A stretch of 63,135 nt of DNA, counting the filler, from Choristocarpus tenellus KU-1152 (Eukaryota > Protista > Phaeophyceae): NCBI GenBank assembly GCA_964200185.2. It is 11 parts of 11 records of this genome, joined end to end, with 100 filler letters (N's around TTAATTAATTAA, not from the genome) between each part and the next. Parts side by side here need not be neighbours in the genome. Positions count along the whole stretch, not along the records: positions 39,997 to 54,581 come from CAXNAD020001156.1; 10 more parts are not named here. One strand, 5' to 3'. The position numbers and the translations under genes are program-made. Below, piece after piece: positions 40,712 to 53,030 of the stretch. The first letter of the stretch is position 1; every line of letters begins with the position of its first letter. Below the pieces are notes generated by a model that saw nothing but the letters and a program-made list of their open reading frames with translations, was not told where the DNA came from and ran no database searches.

Positions 40712-40977
40712 CTGTGGATACAGGAACAGTGTCGCAAAGAAGTCTTCAGTGAAGGTGCCCAGTATGCCATAGTTCCTTCGGAAGGAACTCCTCCGGATGG
40801 ACAAGAGAAGACAGAAGCCGATGTAGAAGACCCAGGCAAAAGTCCACAGACCAGTCTCGGCGAGTTGGGCAAGGTGAAGGAGCACAAATGTGTAGAAGGT
40901 CATGTTGATCAACACTTCCACGAAAATGGAAGTGCGCACACTACTTGACAACTTCTCATTGGCCTGGAAAAAACGGT

Positions 40978-41015
<38 letters not shown>

Positions 41016-44000
41016 TAGTTGTTTGAGGGACAAGATATATTACCGAGGGACAGAAGGCGCTTACAGAGATAACAAAAAAAATTAAAAAAAGAAAAGTGGA
41101 GTATCACAAAACAAATCATCTTAGGGAACATAAAATGGAAACACGAAAACGAAACTCTGTACTTTCCTCCTCATGGCGGCGGCGACAAAAACGGCCCACA
41201 ACACCCCTATCACTACCAAAATGTCCCCCCCTCTCACCCTGTGGATGAAGAGCCCCGGGCACACCATGGCGAACAGGAACCCTAAGACCAACTTCCTGCT
41301 AGGCAGACGATGCTTCCCAAGAGAAAAGATCCACTCCATCACATCAAACACCCCTCCACAAACCGAAAAGCTGAAATTCTTTCGCTCCATGACTGGAGCA
41401 ATATCGTAGTTTGCCTGCCCACAAGCACGCCAGAGGGATGTACACAGCAGACAAATCACAACAGTGAAGGGCAGACCCGCCGAGATAGAGGCTGACTGAA
41501 GGGCCGCAGTCCCACTAGATCCCCCAGCTTTGATGAGCCCTGTGGCGAGGCCTCCTTCTGTGAAGGCCCACAGGATACGCTGGGCAGGGTGCGTGCCCTG
41601 TAGAGACAAAAGTAAGGTTGGTGAGAGGACAAGCAGGAGAGGGGAGGGGGTGAAAGCCTGCCCAATCAATCTTCTTCCTTAGTGTGTCATCAGAATCACC
41701 AAGGCAACAAGTAGCTTCCCCCTTGCCCCCTTGCTCATTACCAGGGTATCAATAACATGTTGGCCGATTGTTGCCTTTGCCTGGCTGTATGATATGGCCA
41801 TGAGATACATCGTTGAAGAAGTTACATGTACCTTATATCAATTATTCTGCGTATGTCATAACCTGCATACCATTCCACTCCCCATGTTTTATACCTGTGC
41901 CAACTTGGGACAAATTTTCCTGCACCTGTAGCCGGTCGTCCCCTTTCCATAAGATAGCAGTGTTTCGTATACTGACACTTCTTACACGCACACACACAAT
42001 CCTGGACCCCATGTACCATGTGCAACATCAACAGTGTTCATCCCGTGTGTGGAAACATACCTCCTGACCATTGGCCGCAATATAGTCCACCACGAGAGAC
42101 CCACTATCAGATGAAGTGATAAAGTACAGAACGATGGTCACAATGCTGAGCCCACCAAGGAAGTTCCCCAGCCCATAGTATTGGTCCAAGAGCATGAACC
42201 ACGCAGTAGAGGACTCAGCACCAAAGAGGTTGCAAACAGGGCTATGTGCGGGGTTGTCCGTCGCATAACACCCGCTGTCAGCAAAAGTCTCGTCAACAGT
42301 CTGAAACCGAAGACGCGGAAAATCCGCAGAAAAGTCCAGGTATAGTGCCAAAAACGACAGGGAAGAAAGTGAGGCACCGTGGGGTATGGGTCGAGGGCAT
42401 GAGAAGGAACAAGTGGTCAAGATAGTAAAGCACTGGTATATCAGAATCTTGGTGGAAGGGCGTGCTGCACGAAGGCCACACAATTTAAGTTGAGGTATGT
42501 GTAAAGATGAAGGACAAAGATGCATGAGGTAGTTATGTTCTCAGTGAAGTGGCTTTCTTACCAGGTCAGCACTCAGGGTGGTGGCGGTGTTCTGCATCTT
42601 GATACCAGCACCACCAAAAACGGAAAACCACAATATCGCGTAGAGAAGAGGTGCGCTCAGAGAGTAGTGGATGACCTCACGTATCGAGCGTCCCCTGCTG
42701 ATGCGGGCCACAAACATGCCAACAAAGGGAGACCATGCAATCCACCATCCCCAGTAAAAGACGGTCCAATTATCCATGAAGTTAGGCACGGCCTGCAAAA
42801 AGGGTGGGTTACAAGAGGGCAAGGAGCAATCAATGGTGAACGAAATGGGATTATAGGTTTGGCCAACAGTCTTCATTGTCGTGTTCCTTGATTTTCAACA
42901 AGAGTTTCTGTTGGAAATAAACATTTTAGTTGTTTGTTCTGATACAAAAATTGGAGGTTTAGTCCCAAATACATCCCATCGAAACACTGGTTGAGGTTTA
43001 CATCATAATGTTATGAAAAGTAAGTGTTGGTGTAAGGCAAACAAGTAGAACAAGAACCATCATAGATACACACAACGAACCTTTATGTCGTTACCAACAG
43101 AGATTTTCTCTACTAACCAACTTTCACAAACCGAGTGTTACGAAGTTAGGAGAGGAGAAACGAAGTTATTCCAAGATTCTTGCAGGTTTCTTCGTGCCCA
43201 CTTAATCAGCGTCTCTAGTTTGAAACGCATCACACACATCATGAGATTCTTTGAAACGCCATTTACCTTACCACAAACTAAACTGTAACCATCTTAAACC
43301 TCAAACCGGATATCGATAGGTATCGATAATGTGTTTCCACAACCTAGTTCAAAGATACCTTCCTAAAATCCCTCACCACTCGAATCTATCATCTTACATC
43401 TTCGTCGAATCATTAAATAGTTGTAAATACTTCCACCATTAATAATAGTAATTCCGATATCAGAACATTTGGAGTGATTGATCGTTTTGATATGAATGGT
43501 GAGGGTTATACATAAATGGGAATGATATATCGTTAGGTATCTATCTAATAATGGACTTTTTCGACAAAAAGCAGAATAACAATGAAGACATAAACAATAC
43601 AGAGTATAAATATCAACAGATCATCCATGCAAGAGGCAGTGTAAATATCCAGCCGTTTACATCTACCAATATCTACAAACATCAACATTCTATGTAGAAC
43701 CATTCGAATCTGAATTCTAAAACATGATCATCTATTATCAATCTACCAATAGGGGTAAGGAATTTCAAAAGTACAACATTCTTCTCTTCGATTGATGATG
43801 GACAAATGAACAGCATTCCTAACTTCATGTAATAACTGTAAAGGAATCGCGGTACCAGTTATATAACAGTTCAAAATAACCTCATCCTCTTCGTTAGCGC
43901 ATCAAATTTAAACCACCAACTCAACAACCCGTGCACAGGTTTGGGGTCGTTAGTTTGTTATTCGGGTTGAGGTGTTGCGAGGGCGTGATACCAACAAACT

Positions 44001-47000
44001 ATGTGGTTTCTTTCATCGTCCATGTGGAAAATTCTTCAGTAACAGGCACTATATGTGGTGAAGTTTGTGTACTTGGCTCCCTGACGATTGCATTGTCTTG
44101 CATATTGTGAACAAGAGATCTTAACGTGTTGTACGCTTCGTAAATTTGATCGAACGAACACTTGTACCAATGTTTTTTTCTTGCGAAGCAGCTTAGGGAG
44201 CACTTTCACACATCAAAAGTTTTTGAAGGCGGCGGTTGCAATAAAAGGTTTGCTTTCTTCTAGTCAGTTGCTCAACTGTCAGTCCTGGTGACCGAGGTGA
44301 GATTTGAGAAGAGCTATCAGATGGATCTGCTACAAAGTGATGCTTCTTCCTCATTGCACCCTAAGGATCACTTCTATTTGAAATCCATACCTCTGACCAA
44401 ACATCAAACATCGGTATTTTATAGTGTTCAAATTTCGGGCTGCTGTGCTCTGTCACCAAGAAAGGACGTCAAGACATTCAATTCGTCTAGAGGTGGAATA
44501 GCTTGTTCACAAATGCTACGAAATTTGTCAACAATCGTTTTGGACAACCCTGTAAAAAATGTTCAACTCCCTATTAATCCAAGTTACGAAATCCTTATGT
44601 TTATCCACCAATACTAGGTATGTACGAGAATAAACTTCTCGTTCCTTCTCTGCTGCTCCATGGTCGTCATGGTGATCATGCAAGAACCGAAAAAAACACT
44701 TGTGTCAACAGATAATACTCAGCGTGCAATAGTAATCCCAACTAAAAAATATCACACCATCCCTTCTTTGTTACAATACAGACAGTACCATTTCTATTTT
44801 CCATCACAACAAATTAAGATTGTTGGTAGCATGGCTGTTTACATCTTCGGATGAAGTCCAACTGTTCAATAGGGAATGTCTTTGATTGGAGGTACTCGTG
44901 CTTAACTGCTTAAACATGTTATTTCTTAAATATAGTAATACAATGAAAACAGCGTTCTTTTGGACGTGGGCATAGATTTGTCACCATCGTTAACATCCCT
45001 TGCAGAGCACGTACCAAAAACAGCAGATTTTGGGATTATCTTGTTAAATACAAAAGTCTGTTCAGGGAACAAACCAAACCCAAACAATTTCCAAAAAAAC
45101 TTCAGTTCAAGACATACTTCAACTGTTGCAAATCAACATATTCCATCAATTTTAGCTAGTTGACTCAAAAGTGTTTCATGTACTCTGTTGAATCAAATCG
45201 TGCCCACAATGAGAAGCAAATCATTTGTCAAACACCCGTAGAATGTTGAACTGGTCATCAGGCATATTCATGACAAAAAATGGAAGATTTCTGATTCAAA
45301 GGGTAAATGATACTTGTTATTTCTTCTAAACATCCTTGAATCATCACTATTCACACCACTACAGGTGCATTTTTCACTTTATACGTTCAGTCAATATTTC
45401 CTTCCTGAAAGATCCCAATGACAACCTTCCAATATAAAAAGCTACCTTCCATTTCCTCTACAAGGGAATCAGAAAGAGGAAAAACAAAAATAGCTTTTTG
45501 AAAGCAAATTTCAGCAACCGCACTGTATGAAGCGTAATTTGGAAACAAATGTTGCAATAGTAACAGCAACAAAATACAAATCCTCACCAATCCGTCAGGA
45601 GCAGCCCCTCCACCTTCTGGAAGCTGTTGAAACGCATCTGTAATAAAGCTCAGTCCAACAACTGCAAAAGCAGGACAAGACACGACAAGATCAAAAAAAC
45701 ATCAACACGGTCAACTATGATTGCAATGCCTACACCACCAGTTTGCTACATGCAGCTGTCATGAATTTATCTTGCATCTGTGTGCATGTCAGTGTATGCG
45801 TCTGGGTATATGCATTTGATCACCATCACGAGCAGGATAAAAAAAAGAAGGCTCCTACGAAATATCAAAAGCACTACCAATTCATGTAAGAAATAAAATT
45901 AGTTAGCAAACCAAACTAGTGGTGTACCATACACAAGAGTTTATGCTATATTTTTTATCTGGATACCACAGCCTACATTCAACCAAGAAAAAGTATTCCT
46001 GTTTGCCCTCACTAGCTTTTGCCATGAATGCGCATTGTGAAATAAGGAAAGAAGGGTCTTGTCCACATCAAGCATATATTATAAGTTTTGTTTTCTTCAC
46101 TCAGTTATAGCCAACATTGATCAAGACAGCCATTCTTTAAGTGTATCCTTCACCTCACCTAATGTTGCACATCTGTGAAGGTCCAAAGTATATATATACA
46201 TCCCTTCTCACCATTCTTACAAGGTTTTGCCTAAAGGTTCTCTTGCCACAAAATATATTTTCACTTCCATTTTCTAGTAATGCTTTGTTCTTCTTTGCTT
46301 TAAGGCAGTAAAAAAGGTAAGTAGGTAGATGACGGTTTCCACACAACCCTAACCCTAACTACTCACTGTTCTGAAAGTAGTGGCCGATTGTCTGAGTCAT
46401 TGTGTTGAGCAGGAACCAAGTGTCATCTGCAAAAAAAACCACTGTCCACATGAGGCCTCCCATGATGAAGGCCACAGCAGACAGGTACTTGATCCCAACA
46501 TGGATGCCGCTCACAACACTAACGGTGGCCAGTGATGTTATCACCCAGATCATAACTGCAGAAATCATACAATGTGTGCACAAGCAAGAGTATGTATGCA
46601 TGAAGGAGAGCAAGTAAGTGAAAGACACTTTACGTAACCACTTATCACAATTTGCGGCTTACCCGTATCTACAAGAGATCTTTTCATAATGTCTCGCGTT
46701 CATATACTTAAATCCTCTACAATGTATTTTTCCAGTAGGCACTGCTGCAGTATAGCTCATTCTCATTTCATCAAAAAATTGGATGAATTACACAACTCCC
46801 ACCAACCAATACAAGGAATAAAGTTCAGCGATGCAAGCACTTAATAAAACATCTAACATGCGCTCACCATGCTAGATACACTACATTGGAAACACATTCA
46901 TTGTATGTATTTGTATAAAGTCCACAAACACGCCCCAAATCTAATCAACTACACTTTCTTAACACTCAAAAACAAGAAATGCAGGTACAATAACAGATTA

Positions 47001-48893
47001 AAGGAATATATTTTGTTATTTCTACTGAAAAAAGGAGTTTTTTAACCCCTCCACTATTTGAACCAATCTATATTGGTCTCTCACCAATGAGGACATTGGA
47101 GTGGGTGTCCTCATCCGTGCTGTCCCAGAGTCCGGGGTCAATCCACAACATTCCAGCCGCAATTTGCACCACACCAAGCCCTAGTGAAGTACACACGCCG
47201 GCAACCACAACAACTGCTCACACAAAATTATGGGGAAGGGTGATTTTCATTAGTGCAAGGGCAGTGCAGGATTTGTCACCTTCACAGCTGTCAAGAATCA
47301 CCCCTGTAGAACCATCTGTGGAGCCAAGGGTGTGCAGCTCGTGTGTTGTATGGAATGGATCATTCGCAAGCACACCTTCAATATTCTATTCTGTCAAGAA
47401 CCGCACCACTCAAGGTCTTCCAATTGGCAACAATTGGAATTAGTGGAAAGGATAAGATGCTACAGGGCAACATACTTTGGGTGCATTATGTGGTCAACGT
47501 ACATTGACAGCTACCAAGTAAAGAGGGATGCACCGATCGGGCACCTCGGTAGGTCAGCCGTGCATATATGTTATCTATCCATATCATGTTCCCATTCTTC
47601 CGAGGGAGAGAGTGCAAACCAGAACGACCTTCGGAAATTTCACTCTCATTAGAGAAACAGAGAAGTTGTCTGGAGGCAAAAGACACGTGAACAACGAGAC
47701 TGCAATTGCATTTACAACCCCTGCGAAGAAGGAAAGATCGCCACAATAATGAATGTACAGACCACCTATCCGTTGGTCTCACCGATGGAGAAGACGTCGA
47801 TGAGGTCCCCAATCCATCCGTTGACCTTGTTACCTATTAGCGGAAAGAAGCACGACCTCATAGACATAGGGAGACCCTAAACATAATCCCAAAAAAACAA
47901 AGTGCGGGGGTGAGAGAGGATACTACTGCATTTGCACTCATAGAAATGCTGCAATAAGGACGACGCCATCAATCTCGCCACGAGGCATCTTTGATGACGA
48001 CACGACTACCTATTGCCATAATATCTCGAATAAGGACCAACATCTATCACTCTTCTTACTCATTTTCTACAGAGTGAAGGGGTGAGATGGGACCAGGAAT
48101 AGAGATGGAATCAAGGAAGAAGGGCAGAGAGAGTACGCCTTTACCATTCGGAAGTGGACAAAGCCAAGGCAGCAAGCCACGATCGTGTAGGGAATCCACC
48201 CATGGACGCCCCAGTGGAAGATTGTCAGAGTCATCGCCCACTGCGCCCTCTCATTGTCCGTCCTGTAACCACCTATGGTATACCTGTTGTCGCCTTCATA
48301 CTGCCAAGCGAGAATGGGGAGAGGACAACCCATTAGGTACTCAACGCATCAGCAGCATGTAAGATATTCTTCGCTCTGCTTGGAACACGCTAACCTTGGA
48401 AACATGGTAAAATAACGGGACCAAATAGAGCAGGGCCAAACAGAAGACCATCCTGAGGAACCTTCTAGCCCCCCGACATAGGTGAGCCTGTGTAACTGTA
48501 TGTACTCACATGATAAATAGGCTCGTCCACTGCGAAGAAGAACAGACCAACCCCAACCCCAGCGCTAAAAATCATCATGAAGTATTCTATGTTGCTGAAT
48601 TCAGGTGGTTTGTCCTCACTACCCTTCGCACAGAGCTTCATTCCCCCATATTTGGAGAAATACAAGACAATGGCAAAGATAAACCATACATCCTGAGTTC
48701 CAATATAGAACCAGGTGAATTTGTCCGACACCCAGGTTCTCCAGCTCAACAGGACATCCAGGGCAGCGTCTGGACTACTCATACAATAAGCAGTCATACC
48801 CCATAAGCAGGCCATCCCCAAGAATGTCACGATAGGATTAAACCGTAAAATACCCCCATTCCATTCACGCGGACGTCCATCAACTTCTCCCAT
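40712..48893 (-). CDS. BCCT-family betaine/choline/carnitine transporter; exons 48893-48510, 48300-48145, 47876-47783, 47213-47085, 46555-46367, 45661-45588, 42792-42562, 42300-42061, 41597-41238, 40963-40712; last exon unresolved
   Basis: Family motifs: PEFS...[84 protein letters not shown] and [13 protein letters not shown]. All introns are GT-AG with compatible phases. Confidence 0.95.
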
Positions 48894-51800
48894 GTCTCTC
48901 TGGGATGAGCGACTGCAGAGTCTACCTCCCACCACGCGGAAGGAGATTGTTGTAGGCACGCAGATTAGTTGACTGGCACGATCTGGGCAAGTGTGGGAAG
49001 TGTGAAAGTCTCAAGTGGACGACGGGATAATTAAGAAGCGAGTATCCGGAATTTCAAAGCCGTTAACATTTCTATAAATTATAAATAATAATATCGTGAC
49101 TGGATTTTCGTGATTGCTCGGGCCCTAAATAGAAATTCCAATACCAAAATCGATTTTTTCAATAATAGCATGCATATACTAATCGTATTAAATGGTTCGA
49201 AATGTCATGTTCTATCCTGTATTGTAGAAGATCGTATATAAACCTGAACACTTCAATCATTAATACTATTATATCCTCTAACATTTTAGCGGTGTGTCAG
49301 AGAAAAAGTCAAACCAATATCACAATAAGCCCTACATAATATTATTGATCATCTACAAATCGTATATAAAATATATTGGATATTGAGGTATTTGATTTCG
49401 AATCATGAAGAGAAATAAATATGAAAGATTGATAATCAACTCTTAGTATGGAATGAATTGTATTATATTAAAACTACTACAACCATTGTAACAGTAACTT
49501 GCAAGATGAATTGACGGACCTTCAAGTAATAGAGAATGAGTTTGAAGTAGAGAGTGGAATCACATTAGAGTACCGCTCGCTTGAAAAATTTCATTATTCT
49601 GGAAATAATAGGAAGGTGGAAGGTGGTGGGTGGTGGGGGGCAACTAACTGACAAAGTTTGGGGAGATTTCTTGGAGGTTTGGAAGACAAACAACCATGGA
49701 AGTATCAAGAAGTGCCCACATTCCGTGAATGAGAGGCTTTAAAATCCATTCCAGAAGACAGATTTTCTGTTCAACTGAATCTGTAGTGTTAAAAATAAAA
49801 AGAGCATGAATTTTCGACTATAATTAAATCGATTGAAGGAGAAAATTTCGATCATTGAATTGAAGTGAGGGAGGACGAGGTATCAGTCCCAAATGTATGG
49901 CGGTTGTTGAGTAATAGACGTGAACAAAACCACAAACTTTGAGGAGGTAAATCGGAACCCCATCAACAATGAAATGTGTAGTGAGTGGTGGTGGGTATAA
50001 TGATACAATTTGTCAAGAATGTGTGTTACTATGATCTGTACGTCTTCATTGGTGACAATTTCAGTTATATTGTGATCGAAAATCATATCCTAATAACCTT
50101 AATGTTTCAGTTCAGGATTACGAGTTTTTCTTCTATTTTGTAAATCACCACAACAAAAGTATTTTTGTTGACTTCATTTGGATTAACTTGAATAATCGAA
50201 CAACTGAACTGAAGTTCAGTTGTCCAGTTTTCCGTCATCGTACACACCAGAAGTGTCACGATGATGGACGTGTGACAAGGTGACAGAAACATATATTGGT
50301 TGCAAGGTGTTGCTTTACAACTAACAACTCACCACACATTCAATAGTGATGAGTTGGGATTTACTCTACATTTTTGGATTGCATATATATGAGCTTGTTG
50401 GCGATTTGCGCGAGTTTCGTGTGCGTCACCATTGGTTGTTAGAGTTCAATTCGATTCAATTCGAATAATCGAAACTTTGATCTTTGTCGGTATGTCGAAC
50501 CTATCATCTCTTGTCATTGTCCACAAAGAACCATGTGCGGAAAGATCTGAATCATAGTGGGCGAAGAATCATTTTGGATAATATAGGAGTAGGTAAGGAT
50601 GACATTTGAGGGAGAGGTAGAACGTCTAAAGGCAGGAGGGGACAAACTCGACCGAGTGAAAATAAAAAGTCCACAACACAGAATCCAGTGAGCGGAATTG
50701 ATTGTAGTGCAACAGGTAGTTTGTAGGATAAAAGAAATAGTCGAGTATGCACTCAAATCTGACCACAGATTTAAAAAGTAGGTAGGGTAAATAAAGGTAG
50801 TGCGGAAGTTCCGGACAAGAATTGAGTAATAATAAAGAAAGAAAGGAAAGGGGGCTTGTCCGTACAGGTCGGTCCAAATTCTATCATGAAAATGAGGTCC
50901 AAACCCTGTTTAAAGTCAGATTTTCTTGACAAGAAATTGATGGACCACCTCCCAAATACATCGGGAAAATACACCTACTGTCTTAGTCGAAAAGACAAAA
51001 GAAACCGTGAATATCTGGATCATCGCTCTGCAAGGTTAGATTTTCTTCTACTAGATACGACTTTTGTATGGACCAGATTGGAATTGAGTACTTATGTAGC
51101 TTGGGTTAAACCACAAAAGAAACCTAGAAGATCTGGGTTGATGGAGTGTGCACTACTTTCAAGGGATGAGATGGGACGAGGAGTGCCAGAACTCCTGAAC
51201 ATAACACGCAAGAAAAAAACGAGCTAGGCAAGGGGGGGTGCAATTTGCTGTACTTATTGAACAAGAATAATTCGTAGGATAGAAAAAATAGTGTAGTGAC
51301 TACTGTGATCTGTGTAGTAATCAACGGATTGTTAGGGTGGATGTAAGTGGAAAAGCTTCCACACTAAAATTGAGTGAATTTTCATTATTTTGAGTCAAGC
51401 TACTTGAGAGGTACACAAATCCGGACCCTTTTTCTTCCTAGTTGATATTTTTTACCCTCTGAAATACCCTCTATTTCTTGACTTTATGGGTGCAATAGTG
51501 AATGCAAGATTGATATTTCCCCTTTACATATTCAACGTGACACCATAAATTCTTTCTCCAATAGTACATAATATAATATTTCTGCCCTTTCTCAGAATCC
51601 TTAGAATGCAACCCTCCTGGCTACCTCTCATAATAACATTATATGCATAGTAAACCACTCGAAAGGGTGTATGCACATCTCAGCTTGCATGGCCGTCTTG
51701 ACTAGTACACCTGCAAGATGGACCAGTACATTTTCTGCGGGGATCGAATTGTATCTGAAGAGGTTCGAATTAGAGAAGACAAAAACAAGGACATAATGCC

Positions 51801-52850
51801 TCTCAACATACCTGAAAATGAATCAGGCGCCAGTGTGATCAATAAGTATGCACGCAGGCAACCCGAATCGGAATCATTTGATTCCATACAGTAATAGTGT
51901 AAAATCAATAACTTTAGGATAAAGAAGTGGTTTTTAAGTTGTATTACGACTTCTGAAAACTCGACCCTTTCTTCAGAACTCTTGTCGTAACACACACCCA
52001 TCTTGTCAGTCCTGATCCATTGTCGTACACTTACCCTGAGAATAAGTATTTCTTCATCTGTCAACCTAATATCAACCATCTCCACTAGTCATCAGGCTTT
52101 TAAATACATCACATGTACCTTGTGAGTGTGTCGACGCCATCTACAGGCTTGTAGATTGGAGGTATCCATCCCGCACAGATAAGGTGTGAACTGTTTGTAT
52201 AACATGAAGGTCCTACCGAGGCAGTCAAATGACGAGATGCAGGCACACGAATGTTCATGGTCTTGGGGTAAGCCAAATAATGTTGGAGGTGTACCAGTAG
52301 CCAAGGCCATGGGATTGAATACGTAAGATACATGTAGGATGAAGGCTCATTATTAGGAGCTGCTCATCAAAATCTCACAAGAACCTCGAGACTGGTTAGC
52401 ACTTTGCTTCAGCTGTGCTCCAGAAAAGCCAGTACCCCAGAACAGGCCAGGTTGATGCCTTTGGCAGAAGGGCTAGACGACTTCGCTTTTTCTATCAACA
52501 AGAGAAAATGAACAGCGATTGGTAAGAGTTCGTGATGCCAATATAGGGCAAACTTAGGAGCACAGGAAACATTTGATGTACTTGCATAATAAATCTAATG
52601 GTATGGGCATGTGATATGTGATGTCTTCACTGTACACAGAAAAGTTGGGACTCCAAGAATATGTGTTACAGGCGATATGTCTTGATGGCGGTTTCATAAA
52701 CACCATTATGACACTGAAGTTCTAGATTTGATATATTTGTATTTATTATTTAGTTGTTATGGTCCCCGATTGTGAAAAAAGACATCGTAGACCAGTTCCT
52801 TTTTATACGATGGTATTGATGATAATCCAAGTGAGAGATCCAGCATACTT

Positions 52851-53030
52851 ACCCAAAGTATCTGGGGGGTTGGGGGGGGTCCACACGAGGGTGTCCATTT
52901 GGACCAAAATCGGGAAAAGTGCATTGGCATTATTCATCCGACGTATGGCAACCAAATCAACCAAAAATCGCGATATGAAAAAATTGACCCAAAATGGACA
53001 GGCGCCACCCCCTCCCAGATACTTTGAGCC
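52851..53030. mobile_element. Complete MITE, family B (G-tract TIRs)
   Basis: ACTT|ACCCAAAGTATCTGGGGGG ... CCCCTCCCAGATACTTTGAGCC|ACTT. ACTT flanks both sides; the left TIR is one base short. Confidence 0.8.
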
